DNA from: Camelus dromedarius
Taxonomy: Eukaryota
Reading direction: 5' to 3'
Assembly: GCF_036321535.1 (NCBI RefSeq)
Contig: NC_087444.1
Location: 65,410,001 to 65,474,000 of the forward strand
Length of the DNA stretch: 64,000 nt
Both the position numbers and the translations under genes were made by a program. Of the stretch, positions 39,201 through 64,000 are shown piece by piece (the first letter of the stretch is position 1; each line of letters opens with the position of its first letter). Below the pieces are notes generated by a model. The model saw nothing but the letters and a program-made list of their open reading frames with translations. It was not told the origin of the DNA and searched no databases.

Positions 39201-42200
39201 TATTGGTTTAAGCTTCTAAAATAGTCATCTGTTGGGAAAATATTCTGAAATAATTATGGATAAAATACCTAATGTCTGGAATTTACTTTAAAATATTGCA
39301 TTAAAGGTATATGTGGGAGGAAGGTATATGAAAAAGATTAGCAAAATGTTGACAACTGGTGTAATTGAGTAATGGATACATGAGGATTCATTTAAACAAC
39401 TCTATTTTTTGTGTATGCTTGAAAACACATCTTAAAAGGTTTTTAAGCAACTTAACAACAACAAAAACAATAACCCAATTAAAAAATGGGGAAAAGGACT
39501 TGAATAGATATTTCTCCAATGATACAATGGCAAACTAGCATATGAAAAGATGCTCAACATCATTTACCATTAGGAAAATGCCAATCAAAACCACAGATAT
39601 CACCTCATAACTATTAGAATGGCTACTATTTAAAAAAAACAAAATAACAAATGTTGGCAAAGATGTGCAGAAACTGGAACCCTGGGCACTGTTGGTGGGA
39701 ATCTAAAATGGAGCAGCCTCTGAAAAGTAGTATGATGGTTCCTCAAAAAATTGAAAATAGAATTACCTTAGGATCCAACTATCCCAGTTCTGGATATAGG
39801 CCCCCCAAACTGAAAGCAGGGTCTTTCTTGAAGAGATATTTGCACACTCGTGTTAATAGCATTATTTACAATAGCCAAAAGGTAGGAAGAAACCTAAGGG
39901 TCCATCAACAAATGAATAGATTAGCAAAATGTGGTATATACATTCAATGAAATATTATTCAGCGTTAAAAAGAACGTAGTTTTGACACATGCTATAATGT
40001 GGATGAACCTTCAGTACATTATGGTAAGCGAAATAAACCAGTCACAAAACCCCCAAATACTGTATGACTCCACTTGTATGAGTTATCTAGAGTAGTCAGA
40101 TTCACAGAAGGTAGGATGGTAGTTGCCAGGGGCTGTTCTCGTTCAGTGGGTACAGAGTTTCAGTTTTGCAAGATGAAAAAGTTCTGGAGATGGGTTGCAC
40201 AACAACGTGAATATGCTTAATACTAATGGACTTTAAAATGGTTAATATGGTAGATTTTATATGTCTTTCCACAATTAAAAATTTTTTTAATTAAAAATTT
40301 TTTATAAAATGAACTAAATAAAAGCTTTCCCAGTGGGAGTGGGTGGGGATTATCTGATAAGGCACCCTCTACAGGTGTCCCACTACTCCTGTGACTTGGT
40401 GCCATTGTCCCCAACATCTGTTTTTGCCCTCTTTTATAGCAATATACTTTCTGTTTAGACCTGGGCTCAAGGCTGCCCACAATAAAGAGCTCATTTCTCA
40501 GGTTCATTTGCAGCTAGGGATGGCCACATGATTAAGGCTGGGCAAGTCTGTTTTATGGCAGCTGCCAGAAACTGTGAGAAAAGGTTTATTTTAAGCTGCT
40601 AATTTTGGGGATAGTTTGTACGTAGCATTAGGTAACTAATACAGTCCGTCATCCACATTCCACCTTCATAGTGTCTTCCATATCTGTGACATTACTTAAG
40701 ATTTTTCTTAAAATGGACCAACTTTAAGTATTAAACAAGGATACCTTTTAGAAACTTTATACCCCAACTGAAAATGGAAAACCAGTATCAATTCCATAAA
40801 TAGGAGTTAACCATAAAAACACCTGGATACCTTTACTGGCTGTTCTCTCTTTGTTAAAAAGGAAGAGTAAGGAGTGTTAGAGAGTGGGGAACAGCACCAT
40901 CCATAGGAGAAAAATAAACTCTGGCATGTGAACACAAAGGAATACTATACAGCTGTGAAACAGACTATGAAGGCACTGTATGAACTGACATGCTACTGTT
41001 TTGGCAAATATTATGTGAAAAAAGCAAGGTTCCAAATATAGTAATATATCAGCATTTAGCAGTTGTGGTAGGCTGAGTCATGCCCCCCACCAAAAAAGAT
41101 ATCCACATCCTAATCCCTGGAACCTGTGAATATTACAACTCATGACAAAAGATGTAATTAAGTTAAGGATTTTGAGATGGGGAAATTATCCTAGATCATC
41201 CCGGTTGGCCCTAAATGCAATCACAAGTATTCTTATAAGAGGGAGGCAGAAGAATATATTACCACAGATGAAAGAGGGGAAGGCAATGTGACCACGGAAG
41301 CAGAGATTGGAGTGATGGCCACGAGCCAGGGAATGCCTGACACTAGAAACTGGAAGATACAAGGGACAGATTTTCCCCTTGAGCCTCCCAGCGAATGCAG
41401 CCTTGCTGACACCTTGATTTCACAAGATTTCTTTTTTTATTATTATTGTTTTATTTTGAAATAGATTCACAGTAAGCTTAAAAAGAAGTACAAAGAAGTC
41501 CTGTGTACTCTTCAGTCAGTCTCCCCCAATAGTAACGTCTTAACAACAAAAACAAAACCAGGAAATTGCCGTTGGTACAAATACACAAATCTTACTCAGA
41601 TTTTGCCAGTTTTATATGCACATACGTGTGTGTAAAGCTGACCCTTTGATTTTGGCCTAGTAAAACTGATCTGGATTGTGAGAGAATAATTCCTATTCAG
41701 TCACCATGTTTGTAACAGCAGCTACAGAAAACTAATGAAGGGGGAAATAAGAACATATATTCAGATTTGCTTGTATTTGCATGGAGAAACACTGGGAAAG
41801 ACACATAAGAAACTAAAGAGGCCATTCTTGGGGAGGAGGTGGATCGGGTGGGCAGAGGTTGGTGGCAGGGGGAGAAAAGTAAGACTTCTCTGGCAAAAGG
41901 CAGAAGAGAGGGAAGTTGGGGGGGGGGGAGGCAAGGGCTGACTCAGAGAAGAGCCGCAGCATCCAAAGAGCAGAACCCCCAGGCACAGAGCCAGGGACTC
42001 TGGCTGCTGCAGTTCCTTCAGCCTCAATCTGAGATCCAAGTGCTTTCACCGGCCTCATTCTGCCTGGACGGGCATATAAAAATCCCTTGTAGCAGCACTT
42101 CCCACCCGCTCCTGGGCAGAGACTGCCAACTGATTACTCCGTATGCATGTTCGTCTTCTTCCTTAACTAACAAACTGCAACTTCTGCAACTTTTCCCGAG

Positions 42201-45200
42201 GCCACAATGTGGTGCCCTGCTGAACAACTGTTTCCTAGGTTCCTCTGCCATCGGTGGGGCCCTGTAACTAAGTTCTGGCCAGTGAATACTTGCGTGTTGT
42301 GTGGGACATCTGGGTTGGTACCCTGAACGTGAAGGGGTTCTCAAATGGAATCAGAAGTAGCTCAAGGGGCAAAGGAGGAAAGCGAGTATCATTTTTTAAA
42401 AAACCAAACAACTCTTCCTAATTTGATCTTGTTTTCATTCTCTTTTGTTTCTCCGGATGGTAACATTTATAGTGGAAAATGTCCTGCTCTAAAAATCTAC
42501 CTTAAGTGGACAACCAGTGTCCTCCTGTTTTGTAGAATATTTCAGTCTTGCTGGTCATCCCATCTAGAGCACTGCTAGTTCTTTTCTTCCTTACTAACCT
42601 AACTCAAAATGTCTTCAGGGTGGTTAAATGCCCAGCTAAAAGACTACATTTCCCAGCCTCCTTTGCAGTTGGGTGTAACCAATGATGAAGAACTCACCCT
42701 CAGGTTGGCTTGCTGGGTTGGCTTTGTAAGGGGACTGGCTCAGCGTAGAGTTGAGCCCCTTTTGCTCTTCCTCCCTTCCCTTTTCTCTCTAACAGGAATC
42801 GTACAGCCTGATGGCTGGGACACCCGGCAGCCATCTTGGGCAGAAGCTCATGCCAAGGATGACATGAAAGATGGGACCGCGTCCCTGATGACTGTGAAGC
42901 TGCCACACCAGTGCTGGTCTGCCAACCTCTCTACTTGTTGCATATGAGAGAAAAATAAACCTTATGGTAGACTGTACTATTGTTGAAAACATTTGCTACC
43001 CTGCCCCACACTAAGATACACATTTTCCACTCCACTGACCTGAGGCCTGCCATAGACTTGCTTTGGCCAGAGCAGTAAAAGTGACATGGGCCACTTCTAA
43101 ACATACAGTTTACCAAGAGCCATGGGGTGATTCTCCCTATTTTCTCTTCCTATCCACCCCTCCACATACACACACAAAAAGACCAGCAATGTTCTATGTA
43201 GGAGCAGCTTCTTCAGCCAGAGTCCCCAATTAAGATACAGCAGAGCAGGGCCACACATGGCCTGCAAAGGATACTAGTGTGAGTGAGAAATAAATCTCTG
43301 TTGCAGTAAGCCACTGAGATTTTGTGAGTTTGTTACTGTGGCATAACGTAACCATACTGATTCCCACAGACCCCATAATTTGGTTAAGCTGCTATCATTT
43401 TCAGGACTTTGTGAACTGCCAGACAGATGCAATTCCTGCATGACAGGCTCCCCCATGAGAGATGACTGTCAGTTGTTCCTGAAAGAGCCTAAAACACAGC
43501 TAATGAACGCTTCCTCTGGCACCCAGGCAGGACTTTCCAGTTATTTCCTAGCAGTCACTTCCTTCAATATTTCACCTTGTTCTGGGCTAGCATCTACGCC
43601 TGCTCTTGAATCTCCTTTGAAAACTGCTTCTCACTCAACTCTTATCAAAATGGCTTCTGCAAGAGTGATTCAGGGAGGGGCCTTGAGGTGGGAATGGCTT
43701 AGCCTGGGTGAGGAACAGCCTGGTGGTATTTAAACAGACAGGAACTGCTTTTCATATGGTTACTGGCTGCTAAGTAGAGTTGTCACTGTTCTCATTATTA
43801 TATGTGAAGCACTGAGAACAGTACCTGGCAAACAATAAGTGTTCTCTAAGTAAGCTATTGTCGCTGTAAGGGAGGCAAGCATGGGAAACAGGGAGACTAG
43901 CAGGCAGCTATCACAGTGTCCCGCTAAGAGATGATGGTAGCCTGGACTACGCTGCGACAGCGGAGGTGATTAAGAAGTGGTCAGACCTGGATTGTGGGTT
44001 TTTCCCTCTTATTTCCTAATAGTTTAGTTAGGAGCCTGCCATTTGCATTTATAACTGTATAGCCAAGGTGTTAGGTGTTTTGCTGTGCTTGCTGCAGGTT
44101 GGGGATGCACTGGTAGGTAGAGTCAATGGATGGGTTAAGGGACTAGATTGGGAGCAGTAGTGCTGAGGAAAAGAAAGAATCAAGTTGTGTACTCAGTTCT
44201 TCAGTGTTTGACCCCTCACCTACTCGTGAGCAAGAGCAAGATCCGTCAGGGTCCCAGTGTCCAGCAGGGGCTTACTTACTCCAGGAGACGCCTAGAGTTG
44301 CTGAATTAATAAACAGTGCCAGAGTGATAGATTTTTAAAAGCAGGTCTGGGCATACTGATTCATGTTCAAAGACTCCTCTGCACTCCTCCTTCCCTGAAC
44401 CAGGGTCCCTCACGGGATAGCTGGGACACAGTGCTGGGTTTCCTGGGGAGCCCATCTGAAATGCATTCATTTATTCCATCCAAAAAGAATTTACCAAATA
44501 TCCACTATGTGCCAGGCACTGTTATAAGTGCTGAGGACACTCCAGGGAGTCAGACAGACAAAAATCCCTGCCTTCCTGGAGCTGACATTCTAGTGGAGGA
44601 GGCAATAAATGAATATATCTAGTATGTGGTATGCCGGACAGTTGTGTTAAAGGGAAAAATAAAACAGGAGGCAAGTAGGGAGAATATGTAGGACTGGGAG
44701 AGGGCTATCATTTTACAGAGTGGTGGTCATAAAGGGAAGAACTTTCCAGGCTGAGGAAATGGCACAGGCAAAGGCCCTGGAGCAATGATGTGCCTGATGA
44801 GCTAGCGGAATATCCAACAGGCAGACTGACGGAGGGGCAGGAGGGAGATGAGGGGATCAGCTCCTGTAATACTTTGTAGGCCTGTTCTGTGCCTGTGCCA
44901 GCCTCACTGTCTTGGCTTTTACAGAGTCAAGTGGGAGTCAGAGGAGGGATCTGAGATAAGGAGGGCCCTGATATGACTCTGGTGTTCACAGTTTCCCTGT
45001 GACTGTGTGTGGGGGACAGACTGTGGGAGCAGGCTGACGAATGAAGAGGCCAATAAAATTGCGCAACTGGAAGGTGCAGTCCAAGAAATCTGTTTATTTA
45101 CCAGGGCAATAAGGGAGACTGCACACCAGAGGTCCTGTGAGGAAGTCTTGCCAAACAGAGGAAAAGAGTTTTTGAGTTTGGGAGATGAGTGAAATTCAGG

Positions 45201-46265
45201 TGAGGTGTAAGTGAAATAGAGTTTAGATAGGTTCAAAGCAAAGAGAACTGTGGGATCAAAATCAGGTCTAGATGGCAAAGTGGGCTCAGGGGCCTGTCTC
45301 CTTGGAAGCGATAAAGTTTGGATAGATGTGAAATACTGTGTCCAGAAACCCCTTTACGCAAAGCTCAGCACCTGGATTGTAAATCAAGGTTGCTATTCTG
45401 TGTCAAAGTGACAACTTTTCCAGGCCCTAGGTAAGATGTTTCATTCTTACTGATGTAATTTCAAACAGCAAAGTCTGCGATAACCTATGACTTTAGAGAA
45501 CAAAGCTTTCTAGTAAGAAAGCAGTAGTCATTCAAAGATGGGGAGTTTCTTCACTTTACATGTGCAGCAACGTCCCTGAGAAAAATATAACAATATTTTT
45601 TTCCTATTAACTCTTCAGCTGGCTTTTCCCGTGTCTGTTAAATAAATGATGGGGGTGTGCCTTTTTTTTTTTTTTTAACAGTTCAGGCTAATTTTTGCTT
45701 TCTCAGGTTTGAGGAAAGGTAAGAGATAAGCATGACGCTAAGGGTTTCTAGCCTGAACAACATGAAAAATGGAAAGCTATTAACTAAGATAGGAAACGTT
45801 ATGGAAGGTTTTGGGAGAGACAAAATCAGGAGCTTGGTTTCGGGTGTTTTGAGTTTGAGATGACTCTAATTAGTAGAGATGAATGGGCAGTTGTAGGCTC
45901 TTACCGAGCCTGGACCATACTCACTTCTCTACACAACCCTCCCCTTCTTCCGCTCGCCCCGTTCACCACCTGCAGTTAATCGTCTACCCCTGCTGTTTCA
46001 CACATCTGCACCTTTACAGGTACCGTGTTTACTGCTAGTGAAACGCCGGGAATACCATATTTCCACCTTGTTTACTAGACGCCTGCAAGCTGGGCCAGGT
46101 GCCCCGCACAGCGCATTTATCCTCGGGCCCCGCCCCACAGGGCCCCGCCTCCCTGCAAGCCCCGCCCCTCGCTTGTGCTCACTTGTAGAAGCTCACCGGG
46201 CGGTTGTCCGCGCCCAGCTGGCCCGCAGTGTTGGAGCAGTTCGGAGCCCGGCAGTACTTGGGCAT
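36255..46265 (-). CDS. THAP8: THAP domain-containing protein 8, 4 exons, 266 aa
   Basis: Exons 46265-46183, 38656-38464, 38226-37843 and 36395-36255 total 801 nt. C2CH THAP zinc finger (MPKYCRAPNC..HLCSEHF..AVPSIF), coiled coil LQRRVRRLQRR, and C-terminal FTIICGGPDIA. Confidence 0.93.
37713..37791. repeat. Mosaic micro-duplication in THAP8 intron 3
   Basis: GAAATTTGGAAAGACGAGTGAAATGTTCTAA at 37713-37743 and 37761-37791; the spacer is made of pieces of the same unit. Confidence 0.85.
38265..38455. repeat. Degenerate ~40-bp repeat filling THAP8 intron 2
   Basis: TCAGACTCCAG..GGACTTCC at 38311, 38387 and 38430, with weaker copies near 38270 and 38344. Confidence 0.6.
39440..40260 (+). mobile_element. 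Old L1 3' fragment (L1M-type)
   Basis: aacccaattaaaaaatggg..gaaaagatgctcaacatc..tggttcctcaaaaaattgaaaatagaattac..tccacttgtatgagtt. Confidence 0.75.
41064..41735 (+). mobile_element. MLT1-type LTR interrupted by an L1 fragment (~41430-41640)
   Basis: tgtggtaggctg..atccacatcctaatccctggaacctgtgaatatt..gccttgctgacaccttgattt, resuming after the insert with tttgtaacagcagctacagaaaacta. Confidence 0.65.
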
Positions 46266-47011
46266 GGCTGTCCAACCCAATTGGGTTTTGCCGGGTCTGC
46301 AGCCTTACTTTGGTCCTCGCCGAGCGCCGCCAAACCCTACCCCGCCCGCGTGCTCTCTGCCTGCCTCACGTGACAGCTCTTAGTGCCTCGTCACGTGCCG
46401 GGGGGGAAGGGTAGGGAGCGCCTGCGTACTACGCACCCTGCCGCGCTACAACAGCTACGCCCTCGTCACTTGGCAGATGGTGAAACGCCAGCACGTCTGC
46501 GCAAAGCCAGCTCTTAGCCAACCGGACCTTATCACGTGTCGAGGGAGGGCAGCGTCACGGCGTTTCTGAGTCTGCGCCAACTCTTCAGTCTCTTTCAGCT
46601 CCACCCTACTCTTACATCCGGGCGATTGCCACTGTGGGGCTAGTCACTCTGGGGTGGAGTGGAGGTCAGCAAAAAGCGAGGTGAGACGGCTTTGGCCTTA
46701 GCGTCGAAAGTTAAGACCTGTATATTTAGTGAATGATGAAAACACAGACGGGATAAAAAATAACCTACAACGCTCGATCAAGCATCAAGTTGACGGACGG
46801 TGGCGCCACCTTGCCAGACACTCTGCTCCGCCCCTTAGCCCTCATTGGTCAAAACAGCTGCCCGGCAACCCTGAGATTGGTTAGACCAGCGGCCCGCTGC
46901 GTCCAATGGGCGGCGGAGCCGGCTTTCCCGCGGACATTCGCTATTCGAGTGAGCCGTGGCGGCGGCGGCGGCGGTTGAGGAGTGTAACGGTCGCCTGACT
47001 CCGGCGCGACG
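46266..47011. promoter_or_regulatory. Bidirectional CpG-island promoter of THAP8 and WDR62
   Basis: Head-to-head ATGs 746 nt apart. E-boxes at 46366-46374, 46390-46397 and 46532-46538; NF-Y boxes at 46844, 46876 and 46903; E2F site TTTCCCGC at 46924-46931. Confidence 0.85.
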
Positions 47012-61039
<14,028 letters not shown>

Positions 61040-63099
61040 GTGAGCCCCTCTCTCCCTCCGCCTGGCCTTGCTCAGCCTCCCTCTGGGGGCTCAGCTGAGG
61101 AAGCTTCTACAGAGTTTGGGGAACCCATTCAGCCATACCTTCAAAAAAAATACTCACGGATGCCCTGCTGTGTGCCAGATGCTGTTCTGGGTGCTGGGGA
61201 CACAGCTGGGCAGGAAACTGACAAAAGTCCTTCCTGGTCTCAGGGAGCTCACATCCAGGTAGTAGAGAAAACTTGCTAACATCAGTATAGAACATGCCAA
61301 GTGCAATGCCTCTCTGAAGAAAAACAAAGCAGCCTAGGGGGAAAGGGGATCAAGGGTGATACTCTAGAGAGGAGAGTGGTCAGGGAAGGCCTCTCTGCGA
61401 ACGTGACATTTGAGCAGAGACCTGCAGGAAGTGAGGGGTGAGGCCCACCATCACTGGGGGTACAGTCCTCATGTGAACCTCAGAAAGCTGTCTGTGGAGG
61501 ACATTTGTGTAGTTTATTGCTTTTTGTATGTGTGTTGAAGTTTTTATTTTCTGAGAATGAATCTGTGAGGTTTTTTCTTTCTCTGAAGTTGAAGCTGTTT
61601 TAAGAACTTGCAGATAAGACAATTGGTAGAGAAAGAATTGTATTCTACTTCTTTTTTTTTTTTGGCCAAAAATTTCTTACTGCCAGGAGTGTTTATTCTA
61701 GAGAAATTACATTTTCCATGGCCCAATTCAGGATTGTGAGAAATAACTTTATTCTGTTGAATAAACATTATTCAGCCCCTTGCTTGAATACATCTGCCTT
61801 CGTGGATCTGACATTTCTGTTGGTAGCACTTTTCTCACTTAACGAGAATATTTTAAAAATAATTTTTAAAATTTTTATTTACATATATTCTCCTCTTTAA
61901 AAAGGTGAAATATTACAGATAAATCTAAAGTCTATTTTGGTCCCCTCCCCACCCTGCAACCCGGCTATCTCTCTCACCCTCACTCTTGTTATCAGTTTAT
62001 TATGTTTTTTCAGTCCATTTTCTTGGCATCTGCCTGTTATTTATATGTGTATATGTGTTCTTAACAGAAATATCTGTGAAGGGATCTTTTTATCAGTTCT
62101 GGAGCATTCTCAGCCAATGTGGATTTAAGAATTGCCTCTCCCCCATTCTCTCTTTTTCTGTTACTCTAATGTCCTATCTTTCTCTATCTTTCATATTTAA
62201 AAAAAAAAACAGATTTATTGATTGCTGTTAGCAGCTGTTGATGCTCAGTGCCTGGATCCATTTATTCACTGGGGGTTGCAATGTGGTGATACTCTAATTC
62301 CACCATTTCTTTTATTAGTTGGACTACTTACATGAAGAGAAACTTCCCCTCACTTCCATTTGGTCACCCAATGGTACACTTCCTATAGGAAAGGCAGGGT
62401 AAATGCTAGATTCTTTCTCTTTATTTACCAGTTTTCAAGATAATGAATTGGTTCTTTGTCCTCTAAAGGTAACTAGTTGTTTTTATTTACTTAATATCAT
62501 TATAAACTCATATATTTAAATATATTGGACATATTTTAATCCATTGCAGTTACTAACATTATTGGAGCTCAGATTGTCCCATCTTCGGCCAGTGGAACCC
62601 TCTTCAAGTTGGCTCCTGAGTCCTTTGGACATGACCCCAGTAGTCTTTGAAAGCTACCTTGCTGTCTGGGATAACAAGATGCTCCAGTGTCATCTTGTAC
62701 ATTTCCTGCCCCAGACCTGGAATTAGCCATTTCTTGAAGCAGCCCTGTTTTTTGTTTTGTATTGTTTTTTTCAGTGTGAATCAGTATTTCAGAATCACAT
62801 TCTGGGTGCTGTGGATGCTCATAGCTATTGGACTGATCCTTCCAGAATCCTAATTCTCAAAGTCATAGGGGATGATGGAATTAGAATATCTGCAGTTAAT
62901 CATTTCCTTGTTCCTGAATTTTTTTTTAATACAACAGTCCAAGAATGATAATCATTCAATTCTGAAAATAGTTAAAACAATTTTTTTCCATATGTTCTCT
63001 CCATTCTCCCCCAATTTTTAAAATAATTGTACTGTATCTATATGATCTGATCATATAGCCATTATATACTATATTCTCTCCTCTTGACCCATTTATTTG

Positions 63100-64000
63100 G
63101 AAGGGAGTCTAAGTGTACAATATTTTGTGGTAAAATACACATAACATAAAACTTATCATTTAAATCATTTAAAATACACAATTCAGTGTCATTTAGTACA
63201 TTCACAATGTTGTGCAACCATCACTACTATCTAGTTCTGGAACTTTTTCATCCCTGCAAAAGGAATCTGTACCCATTAAGCAATCACTTTCCATTCTCAC
63301 TCTCCCCAGCCCATGGCAGCAGCGAATCTGCTTTCTGTTGCTATGGGTTTTCCTGTTCTGAATATTTCAAGTAAATGGAATCACAGAATATGTGAACTTT
63401 GTGTCTGATTTCTTTCATTTAACATAATGTTTTCAAGGTTCATCCATGTTGTAGCATACTTCAGTACTTTATTCCTTTTTAAGTTTGAATAATAATATTC
63501 TGTTTTATGGATAATATATTTTGTTAGGCACTCATCGGTTGACAGACATTGAGTTGTTTCCTTTTGGTTTATTTCCTATTCACAATAGCCAAAATAACCC
63601 TTTGACTATTGTGAATAGTGCTATTGTGAACATTCATGTACAAGCTTTGTTTGAACATCTGTTTTCATTTCTTTTGGGTGTATACCAGAAGTGGAATTAC
63701 TGGGTNNNNNNNNNNNNNNNNNNNNNNNNNNNNNNNNNNNNNNNNNNNNNNNNNNNNNNNNNNNNNNNNNNNNNNNNNNNNNNNNNNNNNNNNNNNNNNN
63801 NNNNNNNNNNNNNNNNNNNNNNNNNNNNNNNNNNNNNNNNNNNNNNTTGATTTTTAAAAAATTATAGCTATCTTAGTGTTTGCAAGGTGGTATAGTATTT
63901 GCAAGGTGTTACCATATTGTGGTTATGACTTATATTTTCCCTAATGATTAATGATTTTGAGCCTCTTTTCGTGTGCTTGTTGGTCATTTGTATATTCTCT
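63100..64000 (-). mobile_element. Antisense L1 3' fragment containing a 141-N gap (63706-63846)
   Basis: gtaaaatacacataacataaaa..cattcacaatgttgtgcaaccatcac..tcaaggttcatccatgttgtagca..gtggaattactgggt. Confidence 0.75.

Overview
Mammalian genomic DNA. The tRNA-derived SINEs match the camelid Vic-1 family, recognised from memory. The gene order SDHAF1(+), SYNE4(-), ALKBH6(-), CLIP3(-), THAP8(-), WDR62(+, first 9 coding exons, continuing past the window) matches human 19q13.12. I rebuilt the five complete CDSs by hand (SDHAF1 is single-exon; the other four exon by exon at GT-AG junctions) and all are intact; WDR62 exon 8 is mostly hidden in an N gap. Two things are not explained by the known genes. 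(1) At 1-2749 lies the decayed 3' part of an FCGBP-like TIL/VWD gene, with frameshifts, an apparent deletion and an LTR-like insertion inside an exon. (2) At 7833-9343, between SYNE4 and SDHAF1, a chain of phase-compatible minus-strand exons encodes a spectrin-repeat-like peptide resembling SYNE4 exons 3-4. Other observations include a 30-bp repeat across the SDHAF1 stop codon that gives an open read-through extension, a possible spliced upstream SDHAF1 leader, intronic degenerate repeats rich in GATA or AP-1 sites, and a local duplication in WDR62 intron 3. All homology calls come from hand translation and recall; no database search was run. Repeat boundaries are approximate.
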